A program made the position numbers and the translations under genes. A stretch of DNA of 47,864 nt from Nemertoderma westbladi (Eukaryota > Animalia > Xenacoelomorpha): assembly GCA_032718475.1 (NCBI GenBank), contig JAUCBJ010000296.1:1-47864 (forward strand). The letters run 5' to 3'. Shown one piece after another: positions 1 through 10,133 of this stretch (positions are counted from its first letter, which is position 1; the number at the start of each line of letters is the position of its first letter). The notes under the pieces are model-generated. The model was not told the origin of the DNA and made no database searches. It saw only the letters and a list, made by a program, of their open reading frames with translations.

Positions 1-449
1 TCTTTAATTTTATTCAGTAGAATGTTATTTTAGCGATTATTTAGTAGATTAGTGCAATATATATTCGCGTTTATTACTTAATTACATATATATTATATTT
101 AATGCGACGGCAAGAAATAATTCTTTTTCTCTTTCCTTACTGTCCGTATTACATTACAAATACGTAACTACAGTAAGATGAAATGTCCGTACTTATTAAA
201 GTACAATAAAGCCACTACTATATTTAAGTATTATTGGTAGGCAGAGTATTAGGAATGCAAAGTTCAGATCCTCGTGTCTCGGCTAAACCAAGCTCTGGGT
301 AGACCTTGGAAACGACTTGCCTCTTCACACTGACATTGCTTCGTGCGATATTGCTCTCATACCGTATATTAAATAATACATATAGTAGCGTGATGTCCCT
401 TTAACAGTAGCGTATAACGCAAAATAAATCTGTTAAACCCTTTGACCAT

Positions 450-745
450 CTGTAATTCTAGTCGATTAAGATATCGCGGCACCCACCGATATACTTGAAA
501 GACAAATTCTAGAATCAGTGGTTAACGTCCCCAGACAAGTTCTGGAATAAATCGGTGCCCATCTCAAATATTAATTAGTTAATATTTACAAATCAAATAA
601 GTCAAAATCTGTAAAATTCAGATCCTTCAACAATTCTAGTCAATTAAGATATCGTAGCATTTACCGATATTCTTAAAGAGACAATTTTCTTAGAATTAAG
701 GATCTTGTGTCCCTAGACATGTTCTAGAATCAAAATATGTCCATT
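450..745. repeat. Diverged direct repeat, two ~110-bp copies (period ~178 bp)
   Basis: AATTCTAGTCGATTAAGATATCG...AGACAAGTTCTGGAAT (~455-550) versus AATTCTAGTCAATTAAGATATCG...AGACATGTTCTAGAAT (~632-730). Confidence 0.75.
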
Positions 746-3309
746 TAATTATCAAATAATAAAATTTCAGGGAATAAATTTAAATTCATGTCTTTTAATG
801 AATTTAATAAATTGCCATTTTACGCGATTTATAATATTCCCAAAATTCCATTAATTAATAGATCAAGGGAGCGGAGATTTATATTATTATGTGTATGCGT
901 GTACGAAAGTCTCCCAAACATAGTTAATAGCCGATAAAATTCTTAAAGTCATGTATAAACAGGACATTGACTATTAAAGAATTCCTATTAAATAACATCC
1001 CAGATCTGTATGCATTGGAATTACTCTAATTCTACCGCTAGCTTTGCATAATGTCACCATAGCAACAACCACGCTAGAATTAGAATTGAGTTAAACGAAC
1101 AATAGAAAGCTTGTCCCATTGAATAACATAGGGAATAAATAGCGCACTGCTAGTATCCAAGGATACATAATAATACAGTGACATTCTGGAAGGCATTGAC
1201 TAACGGACAAATGGCCCGAATGTGTGTAATTTGTGACAAGTTGTGTGTGTGGTATTTGTGAGTTTATAGGTGAATGTTACTGCTAAGGTGTGTTTACAGT
1301 AGCCAGTCGCAATCGTAAAGTAACCTAACTCTCCAAGGAATACCTGAAGTACATCTAAGCCTTTGGGACGGACAGTCGAGTGACTTGTGCCAGTTGTCGT
1401 TGTCGTTGTGCGGCTACGTCGTTGGCGAAAGTACGGCGGCGACGACACATCGGCGCTGAGGATCTCGTACTGTCCGGGGTTGATTGGGGTAGGCAGCGAC
1501 GCCCGCTCGCCTAAATATAAACTCATTATAATATGGATAAACTCATATATAGCAGATATGACGGAGTTGATAGAAGATGGTCTTGTCATCCTATCGATTT
1601 ACACAATACGGACTATGTCGACTATATATCCTGCCCAGCGGAGTCGGAACCATAAACAGAAATTCGAATGCGAAAATTCTATTCGAAATCGACTCGAAAG
1701 AAAAGACACTTAAGAAACAAATGGACGCGGTAACTCCAACGTATATTTGGAATTCTTGATAGAAGCATTGTAACAACGAATAAATATCACCCGCGTTTAC
1801 CCTACCAGACGTGCGTCTTTGGTATTATTACGATAAATGCCCTAGACCCAACTAATAAACGGAAAGACATAAACATCCACGTAAACCGAAACTTGTTGAC
1901 GTATCACCTATGCTCACTCGGCTCGAACGATCCTGGAGTAAACCTACGATCAGAGTCCCGGAATACTCGGTCAAACCTCCTCATTCCTTAGTTGGACCTC
2001 AGACCTGCGATCTTGGTGGTGTCGCGGATCCTCGCGGACTGTATTCACTGTTCAAAGATCTAGTGCTACCCTAACAATTAATCGGTAACACTCCGACAGT
2101 GATTTCTAGCTAGCCGCCCATCTTACCTAGCCGGATTGTGACGCGGACACCTAATATCACTATCCAACCGTATGGTCGTCCACGTTTAACGCGATACAAC
2201 CCCTCATCAAGGGGAAGGAGAGCGTTGTACGAAACGAGTTAAACGCTATTTTATAAAGATCAAAAAGGAAACCTGCGTTTGTTCAGATAAACGTAAGTTA
2301 TAACAGTGAGTCCAATCGATAAACGAATTGGCCTTATCTCAATTCGATTGGGAAATCCAGAATCTCTAAGAAGTTATCGAACTTGGACGATCCTATTCTC
2401 TGCGAGAGTTTTTGGATGAACGTATCCAGCTACGAGCGGAGGAAAATCAGCTCGAGGAGAAGCATATCGAAACGGCAGATACCTCAACCACAATCCTACA
2501 CCTTCTGATGCAATCATATTGCACCCTTCACCCAGGAGTTATGGCCCTCCTAGTAAAGTGGAAAAGACTCTTGCTAGCCTCAAAAAACTGCGTAAACGCC
2601 GTCTGCGTAAGAAAGACTAACTGTTTAGAGTATCTTTATGTTTTAGAAACTGTGATTTTTATATTTTATAGACTGAAAATCCCATTTTCTGGGAGCGGTG
2701 TAAAAGCCTTTGCTGAATTGCCCCGTTATTTTTATTATCTTTTACATTAAAATACTCTGTAGTTGATTTAATAAGTGTAAGAGACCGTATTATTGCTGTA
2801 TCGGTGTTTTTAGAGGATCTAAGACCTATTTCCTCCGTATGTGTACTGTGAAAGGCATATTTTATGATTCTATGGCAATTCGTGACGCAAAGGGGTGATA
2901 GCTACTCTTGAACAGTAGTTACTATGACTACGGTTAACAGCTGACATTCATACGTGTTGATTTCCTTTGTTCTACGGCGTCTCTCAGTTCAGTCAGCCAA
3001 TTAGAGCGTTTTTGTGGCTCCTTGTACAGAAAATTTCCGAGAAATGACGCAATGCCTATGTGCAGTGTTTACATTCAGTCCTGAGCCAAAGAAAGAACGG
3101 CTTGGAAGTATTTTGTGCTTTACTGTTTTTTAGTCTTACACTAGTAGGTTTAATTATAAAGGGCATATATCCTTTAACTACCTGACTCATGGAATCACTG
3201 CTGACTGATCATACATGCTGACTGCTGAAACATTGCAAACTCATAACAATCAGTGTTTTCATTGTTGTTTTATACTGCTATTTACCGTCAGTTCTTCATA
3301 ATATGGTTG

Positions 3310-3374
3310 ATGAATAATTATATTTGGAATAACGATAAATCACCCCGAAACCCAATATTCTTGATATACCGAAG
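3310..3374 (+). CDS. Small TIR-domain protein, putative exon 1 (MNNYIWNNDKSPRNPIFLIYR-R)
   Basis: ATG at 3310, open frame to a strong donor AAG|GTAAGA after 3374 (phase 2). Phase-compatible with the acceptor TTTGATAG| before 3453. The start codon is uncertain. Confidence 0.45.
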
Positions 3375-3452
3375 GTAAGAGAGAAGGGTTACAGATAAAC
3401 GATTGTGACTTATGTTAAAGTGGTTTGAAGTGAATCTAATGTTATTTGATAG

Positions 3453-3598
3453 ACCCTACATGAGTCAGTCTGTGTTCCTTTTATATGTGACTAAAATCAG
3501 TGAAGATTGGCAGATTAGTGTGCAGTATTGTGCAGCATTGTGTATGAGTGAGTCTGTTAAAGAAGCAATTCCTAAAGAATGCGCCATATATGTGAATT
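3453..3598 (+). CDS. Small TIR-domain protein, putative exon 2 (PYMSQSVFLLYV...KECAIYVN)
   Basis: Acceptor GATAG|A, same frame as ORF 3412..3606, donor T|GTAATT (phase 1). Inferred from phase consistency only. Confidence 0.4.
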
Positions 3599-3651
3599 GT
3601 AATTGAGCCATATCGTTGTGAGTAGTTTGAGTCATAACTCTGTTTATATAG

Positions 3652-3693
3652 ATAAAGCGCCACGTCCTAAAGGAACTGTTAATATTCCCGAAG
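3652..3693 (+). CDS. Small TIR-domain protein, putative exon 3 (KAPRPKGTVNIPE)
   Basis: TTTATATAG| acceptor, GAAG|GTGAAT donor, 42 nt, phase 1-1. Confidence 0.4.
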
Positions 3694-4528
3694 GTGAATA
3701 ATATTGTCAGAGATTATATAGTACTGTCAGTCGAATAATACATTAGGCTTACATAGCAATAAAATTAAACCGTCGAACCCAATCTCCCGGGAATCTCCAG
3801 CGGGTGAATGGTCGCGCACGGATTGGTTTCGACTAGTGTAGTGAATCAAATACTTGTCATAGACTAAAAACAGATTTAATATCTAGAAGACATCTTGATT
3901 TGGTGGGTTAAACTGCCAAAGGTCTGAAAGCGCGAACACCAATCTCGAGAATTATACCAAATCTGAACCCAATCTGAATCGAAAATAGAAAGAGGGGTGA
4001 AAATTATTAATATTTGCATTAACAATTTTGAAATTTGAAGAAATTTTATATATCTTTTTTCATATTTAAATTTGCGGGCAGCCGCAGCACTAACTGCTGT
4101 ATTAGCTCGAGATTGGGTCCAGATTGAGTTCAGATTGGGTTCAGATAGGTTCAGATATGAATTAAGTACTATCCAATTCCACATGATTCTAATTTAGTTT
4201 TAAAAAGGTTGACTGTTTTAGCGTTTCAAACCGTTTTTTTAGTTCTTATATAAATTCTGCAGCCAGATTCTTTGGCGTCAAGGTGGGATCTATTTTTTTC
4301 TGTATTAGCAAAAGCTTTAGTTTATCTTTCTAATCCAAACTACAGTAGGATGCTGACAAGATACAGAAACGATTTAAATATCATTGTAAATTGGGAACAG
4401 AAAACATTTTTTAGAATTTTTTTGTAAAAATGGACTCATGGGGTAGGAAATACAGTAGTGTGCGCCGGTGTGATTAAATTTCAGATTATCAAGATAACAG
4501 AGACAAAAGATTTCAGCTGATTTAATTT

Positions 4529-4828
4529 CACATCTAGTCCCCTGTACTGTACACATCTAGTCCCCTGTACTGTACACATCTAGTCCCCTGTACTGTACAC
4601 ATCTAGTCCCCTGTACTGTACACATCTAGTCCCCTGTACTGTACACATCTAGTCCCCTGTACTGTACACATCTAGTCCCCTGTACTGTACACATCTAGTC
4701 CCCTGTACTGTACACATCTAGTCCCCTGTACTGTACACATCTAGTCCCCTGTACTGTACACATCTTAGTCCCCTGTACTGTACACATCTAGTCCCCTGTA
4801 CTGTACACATCTAGTCCCCTGTACTGTA
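4529..4828. repeat. 23-bp tandem repeat (CACATCTAGTCCCCTGTACTGTA) x13
   Basis: Near-perfect copies (one has an extra T); the array ends about 20 nt before the exon-4 acceptor of the TIR gene. Confidence 0.95.
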
Positions 4829-4849
4829 CTATAACAATTTATTTTGCAG

Positions 4850-4965
4850 TACTGCGGGATATAATTGAATTAAATATGGAGAACGAATTGGGTGCAATAA
4901 CCCAGGCGATTGAATTGATAATTCATCCATCTCCTAGGCGACCAATTAAAGGCGACCGCAATAAG
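4850..4965 (+). CDS. Small TIR-domain protein, exon 4 (LRDIIELNMENELGAITQAIELIIHPSPRRPIKGDRNK)
   Basis: TTTATTTTGCAG| acceptor, AAG|GTTTGT donor (phase 0), open frame joining directly to VYISY. Confidence 0.65.
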
Positions 4966-5077
4966 GTTTGTGTAGCCAGGCATTCATATACTGTAGGATC
5001 GATCGTCATAAAGGTTGGATTGAACAGGATTTCAATTTAACCCCCAGAATGATGAAAAACCTCTGAGTTGAGCAGAT

Positions 5078-5280
5078 AGTGGCGCACTTTGACGGCAAGC
5101 GAAAATAGTGATCTTCAGAGCAAATTGACCGCAAGTGAAATAATGTATAGTGTATTGTTTTGGTTAGAAAACACCGCCACTGTAACCTGTTCCTTTCCCT
5201 TAATGTTTTTAATTAAATTAAACCTATTTTTAAAACGCACTAAAATTTATTTTGTGTTTGCGGTGAATTCGCGCCATTGA
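5078..5280. mobile_element. MITE-like element with diverged ~30-bp TIRs
   Basis: GTGGCGCACTTTGACGGCAAGCGAAAATA is an imperfect inverse of TATTTTGTGTTTGCGGTGAATTCGCGCCAT. It carries the shared ~50-bp internal module. Confidence 0.5.
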
Positions 5281-5880
5281 CTCGGATTGAGGAATATAAC
5301 TGTATACAGTATACTGTAACTACAGGGATGTACTGTATCGGTAGGCCTACTGCTGTACTACTGTATTAACTACTGTATTTCTTTCTAGTCTTATAATCTA
5401 TCACTTTATGAGATTAGATTACAGGGAGCACTCGACGCGTTTTAAATTGTCTCGTTTTCGTTTTACTCCATTTTATGTCGATTTACGTCTTAAGACGTAA
5501 GGCTGCCTTTGAATTATTACAATGCAGTATCTATACATTTACTATAGTTACAGCTACTACAATTCTCGATAAAATTTAAAGTCGTTTTTATATTAGTAAT
5601 GATTGTAGTCTAAATCATATATTAGTAGATATTTCTTAACGTACTGTATTTCTGTAGGGAAATAATTGGAAACTTTAAATATCCGCAGTGTCGAACTAAC
5701 ATCAGTACCATTTAAACGAAATATGGAAAAATTATGGTTTGTACTTAGAGTGTGATGGTGTAAAGTTAAACCGATGTGGGGTAATTTTTAGAAACTACAG
5801 TAGAGTAGGCCTATCTATTCAATTTGTGATGTCTCCAACAGCTACCGCTATCCTACCATTTAGCATTACATACATTTTAG

Positions 5881-5950
5881 GTTTACATCAGCTACGAATA
5901 TTCCAGTTTTGAGAAAGCAACTCAAGTGAAGGAAAATCTAACGCTATCAG
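5881..5950 (+). CDS. Small TIR-domain protein, exon 5: TIR betaA/alphaA (VYISYEYSSFEKATQVKENLTLS-G)
   Basis: CATTTTAG| acceptor, CAG|GTAATT donor. VYISY matches the TIR box-1 motif (V/I)FISY. Confidence 0.75.
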
Positions 5951-5984
5951 GTAATTTAACTTATTGAAGTACAAATACACTAAA

Positions 5985-6671
5985 AGGGGTGGTGCGCGAA
6001 AAATTGTTGCCTAGAAACAATGAAATATGGGGTACCAACTGAATCAAGTGGCGGGTTATATTTTTGTAAAATCACGAGGAAACGGTCGAAATTGCGGGTT
6101 TAAATAAGCGCGGGAAGCCAATTTTTAAAATCGGCTGTGATTGGCTGCTACAGTTTTGACGTCATTACGCAGTGCTCTAATGATTTCTTACCTTGGTTTC
6201 TATGGAAAGTGATTTTCGATCGATTCAAATACACATTTAATCTCAATCACTTCATACGTGGCTTATGCCAATTGAAAGCGGAGAGTCTTGCGCGTCTTTT
6301 AACACTACAATTACATGTTCATCACCATGAATTTAATTAATTATAGTGTCAAAAGACGCATCCGCTTTCAATTGATATAAGCCACGTGTGAAATGATTGA
6401 GATTTAATATGAATTTGAATTTTGAATCGATCGAAAATCTCTCTCCATAGAAACCAATATAAGAAATTATCAGATCACTGCATAGTGACGTAAAATATGT
6501 AGCAGCCAATCACAGCCGATTTTCATGATTGGCTTCCCGGGCTTACTTAAACCCGCGTTTCGACCGTTTCCATGTGTTTTTACAAAAACACACCCCGCCA
6601 CTCCATTCAGGGCACCTTGTTACCCTTATTCGATTGTTTCTAGCCCAACAATTTTTTCGCGCGCCAACCCT
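5985..6671. repeat. Long imperfect palindrome (foldback element), arms ~330 bp
   Basis: For example AAAATCGGCTGTGATTGGCTGCTACA pairs with TGTAGCAGCCAATCACAGCCGATTTT; centre ~6314-6338. Lies in TIR-gene intron 5. Confidence 0.9.
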
Positions 6672-6810
6672 ATTCCCTACACTACTTATGTATGTGACTT
6701 ACTGTAACACAAACACTAGTTTATAATGCAGTACGAACCATTTTATTTAGCAAAAATATTTTATTTACCAAAAAATTGACTATGCCAATTATATTCATGC
6801 GATTTTGCAG

Positions 6811-6945
6811 GTATGGGGGTTGTCATGGGAACGGAATGCCACGATCGCATGGACATGCTGACTGCAGCAACCACGTTGAGGGACAGTCAGTCCCTAATTG
6901 TTATTGCGACCAATAGTTACAGGAGCAACCTTCTATGTCTTACAG
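6811..6945 (+). CDS. Small TIR-domain protein, exon 6 (MGVVMGTECHDRMDMLTAATTLRDSQSLIVIATNSYRSNLLCLT-E)
   Basis: GATTTTGCAG| acceptor, CAG|GTTGG donor, 135 nt, phase 1-1. Matches the TIR_2 pattern S-x-x-hydrophobic strand-x-x-x-Y-x-S-x-x-x-C-x-x-E. Confidence 0.75.
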
Positions 6946-6957
6946 GTTGGAATTTTT

Positions 6958-7184
6958 GGGTATAAACGCTATGCCTGCACATACAGTACATCTATACCGT
7001 AGGCCGCTAGGTCTAGAGCTCTGTCTTTTGATTCTCATTTAAATTTGAGTTTCTACAATATTTCTAACTCTCGTTTATTGATTTGGTTTCTTTCAAACCG
7101 CCTCTGTAACCTGCTCCTTTACTAACATGCCTACAAGTATTAGGTGTAGGTTTGTAGGCTAGGTATAGGCGTAGCGTTTAACCC
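6958..7184. mobile_element. Mutator-like MITE
   Basis: TIRs GGGTATAAACGCTATGCCT.../...AGGCGTAGCGTTTAACCC; 9-bp TSD GGAATTTTT/GTAATTTTT (one mismatch). Confidence 0.65.
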
Positions 7185-7454
7185 GTAATTTTTTATAATC
7201 AACTGTTGCAATCTTGCTTGCAGTGTAGTGAGTATAACTAAGATAATGTAGTTTTCATACCTGTGTACCCCCCCCCCCCCCCCCCCCCCCCCCTTCTTAC
7301 GAACATCATAATACTATTATAACCCACACAAATAATTTAAATTATATTATTATTACCGTTACTCCTCTACTATTGGACGTAAGTTCATCCTCACATGAGT
7401 GTGAACTCATGTAGTAGTTTCCTTTCACGATTCAATTTTTCTTTCATTTTTCAG

Positions 7455-7621
7455 AATGCTGTTTGGCCGGAAAGTATGGAAAGACAATAACTGCAATCAA
7501 TGGTGACTTTCCCAATGACAACGAGATCTTCACCTTTACTGAAGATGGAATTAAAAATGTCGGAAGTAGCAATGTAACTGACAGTATGGTAGTAGAGTCG
7601 ATCATGGCAATAATGAAATAA
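7455..7621 (+). CDS. Small TIR-domain protein, terminal exon (CCLAGKYGKTITAI...IMAIMK*)
   Basis: TTTCATTTTTCAG| acceptor, open frame to TAA 7619-7621, AATAAA near 7645. A..GK.I..I resembles the TIR alphaC-betaD segment. Confidence 0.75.
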
Positions 7622-7874
7622 ATTTAGATAACATAACTTTATTAAATAAAGTCAAGTTATAACGATTTCGGCATGCTTTAATCTGTGCTTTATGTTGGCC
7701 TACTGTATGTCAGTTCTACTGTTTACAGGAAATGCCGTAATTAATTAATATAATTACCGTAATTGTATGAATGTATAAGTATATTATTGTATTGGAAATC
7801 ATCTTATTCACCTTCATTGTAAACATCATGACAATATTAATATAAAAAAAAACAATAATTTGCATATTAAGGAT

Positions 7875-9077
7875 TTATTTAGGCCTAATTATATTTTCAC
7901 CTTTACTCTCTTTTTTTGTAAAGTAGTCAACTATTTCATCAAAACTCAAATTAAATTTATAAGAATGCACACTAACAGCGTCTCGTATTAAGTCGTCTAC
8001 TCTGGACAATAAAACCAATAAACACACAGCGACTTCACGCCATTCATCTGAAGTTATGTTTAGCGACTGGGAAGTTAATCTAAAAGTATCTAAAAGTCTA
8101 CATAGGGGGTTGTATACTACATTAACGGGTAGGTATACACGGCAGTTGGGTAATAATTTCTCTAAAACTAGTCTCTTTCTTACCAAAACTACCGAGCTAC
8201 TTTGTAGAGGTAGAGTTCCTTTAACACCAGAACTAGAACCCTGAAATACGGAAGGTGATGACTTGCTTATATTAGGTATAAACCTACCCGTATCGGGCTG
8301 AAGATATGTTGCACCTCCTTCCGGACTAGCTGAACTATCTTCCTGACCAACTGAACTAACTTCGAGCTCAGCCGAACAAACGTCTTGACCAACAGAACTA
8401 ACTAATTTCTCCACAGTGGCCTCACAACCTAAAAACTCCAGGGTATCTTCACTCATCCAGTCAGTAACTATACGTATCCCGCTATCCAGTTCCTTACAGA
8501 TACTTCCCGGCACTAGTAGTACAGGTACCGGTAGATCTTCCAGAGGAATATAAATGGTTTGTCTTGGGGGATCTGAGGGTTTATTCATCGAAGGATTAGA
8601 CGCTGATAAATCGAGTGCCGCAAACTCCGTCTCCACATCCAGCGTAAGGGGTTCCTTTTTGGACCGTTCCTCTTGCGTCGAGGTCTGGAGAATTACTTCT
8701 TCTTTAAACTCGAGAACCTTTCCTATGGAACGATCACCGTTAGACTCCAACAAGGAGATATTGGTGCACCGGTCAGTGATATTGTCCTCGGGCAACTGAC
8801 TGCGGTAGAACCGGGACGCTTTACTGCATCTCGCACTGCAGTAAACAGCGGCGTTACGGGCTTCAAAGACTTTGTTACGGCAGGTGTCCACCGCGTATAT
8901 TTGTTTGGTTATAATTCTTCCGTCCACGGGGTTGGCACACGCGGGATAGCCACACTGACCAGTTAGTCGGCGTTCTTCTGTGACGTCATCGTATTGGCTT
9001 GTGTTTAAAGCCTTACCGCATTCTATTAGTTGGTTGTTTGATACACATCCATCGATTAGTGAAAGTACAGCCTGCAT
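7875..9077 (-). CDS. RPAP2: RNA polymerase II CTD phosphatase RPAP2/Rtr1 homolog, 400 aa, single coding exon
   Basis: Rtr1/RPAP2 zinc-finger signature YDDVTEERRLTGQCGYPAC...YCSARCSKASRFYRSQL and a C-terminal LLDTFRLT...W...LL segment. Confidence 0.9.
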   Translation of the reverse strand: MQAVLSLIDGCVSNNQLIECGKALNTSQYDDVTEERRLTGQCGYPACANPVDGRIITKQIYAVDTCRNKVFEARNAAVYCSARCSKASRFYRSQLPEDNITDRCTNISLLESNGDRSIGKVLEFKEEVILQTSTQEERSKKEPLTLDVETEFAALDLSASNPSMNKPSDPPRQTIYIPLEDLPVPVLLVPGSICKELDSGIRIVTDWMSEDTLEFLGCEATVEKLVSSVGQDVCSAELEVSSVGQEDSSASPEGGATYLQPDTGRFIPNISKSSPSVFQGSSSGVKGTLPLQSSSVVLVRKRLVLEKLLPNCRVYLPVNVVYNPLCRLLDTFRLTSQSLNITSDEWREVAVCLLVLLSRVDDLIRDAVSVHSYKFNLSFDEIVDYFTKKESKGENIIRPK

Positions 9078-9297
9078 TATTTCACTGGCTCATGTGGCTT
9101 CAACTACCTGACAGTCTGACTGTAGGACCAAAACCACAGCTTACAGGCGCTTATCTCGCTGGTACTCCTAGTACCCTGGTACAGGTAGGCCAAACTATTT
9201 ATACTGTAGTATGCCTATTCCAGTATTCTGAGGTAGAATAAAACGTCTGTCCTTATATGGTCTGATCTGACGGCATCTGATCCTACAGTATAACCAA

Positions 9298-9736
9298 GGG
9301 GTCGTCCAAGTATGACGTCTGCACTTTTCCCCAAAACGTTCACCCCCTCACTCCCCTAAATCAGATGTCATCAGATAGGCGTTGATACCCCCCCCCCCCC
9401 CCCCCTCCCCTAAATCAGATTAAAAAAAAAAATTTGTAACAAACTATTATATTATGAAGATTATTTATAAACACTTGTAAATCATTAAATTATTATTTTT
9501 AATCAAATTATGAATTATATAATTATAGTAAATTATTAATTAATATTATAATATAATAATAGTTATCAGCCAGGGACTGAATCTATCTTCAATAGCTATA
9601 TCTCTTCTAGCCCCTATAAATGAACATGCTGACGTCAGATTTTGGCTGACCCCCTCCCCTCCCCTCATCAGCACGTCATCAGATTTTCCCAACCCCCCCC
9701 CCCCCTAAAGTGCTGACGTCATACTTGGACGGCCCC
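9298..9736. mobile_element. Non-autonomous DNA transposon (MITE) with ~30-bp TIRs and apparent 3-bp TSD CAA
   Basis: GGGGTCGTCCAAGTATGACGTCTGCACTTT ... AAAGTGCTGACGTCATACTTGGACGGCCCC, flanked by CAA on both sides. Removing it restores AACCAATCAGG. Confidence 0.85.
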
Positions 9737-10133
9737 CAATCAGGAAAAAGAGATATGATATTTACCTAACTGCCTGTTAGGTAAATAGCCAATAGGGGAT
9801 CTCATTTCACGTTGCCTTGTTACGTATCAGTATCATCATATGACATAGCAGCATAGCAGTACAGGCATAACCGGTATGCAGCCAATGCAGCAAGGCATGT
9901 TATTATAATAATATTAAAAATGTGATATAGGATGAAGGATGGCGTGTATGAAAGTTGTGTGATTGCCCCAGCAAAGATGCATATTTTCAGATGTAAACAA
10001 TAGATGGTGTTGAAACATTAAACATTTATTAAAATCAATACAGCCTTTGCTGCAATATTTTAGTAAATCTTTCTTGTTAATTGTTATCATTATTAATAAG
10101 TCAAAGTTAATTATATTAATCATAATTAATATT

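Noticed and set aside
2508-2540. Peptide similarity IILHPSPRS versus LIIHPSPRR in TIR exon 4
   Set aside because: Too short, with little nucleotide similarity; probably chance.
1700-2620. Stop-codon reassignment to explain the interrupted frames
   Set aside because: The bona fide genes in the window end in standard TAA and have no internal stops.
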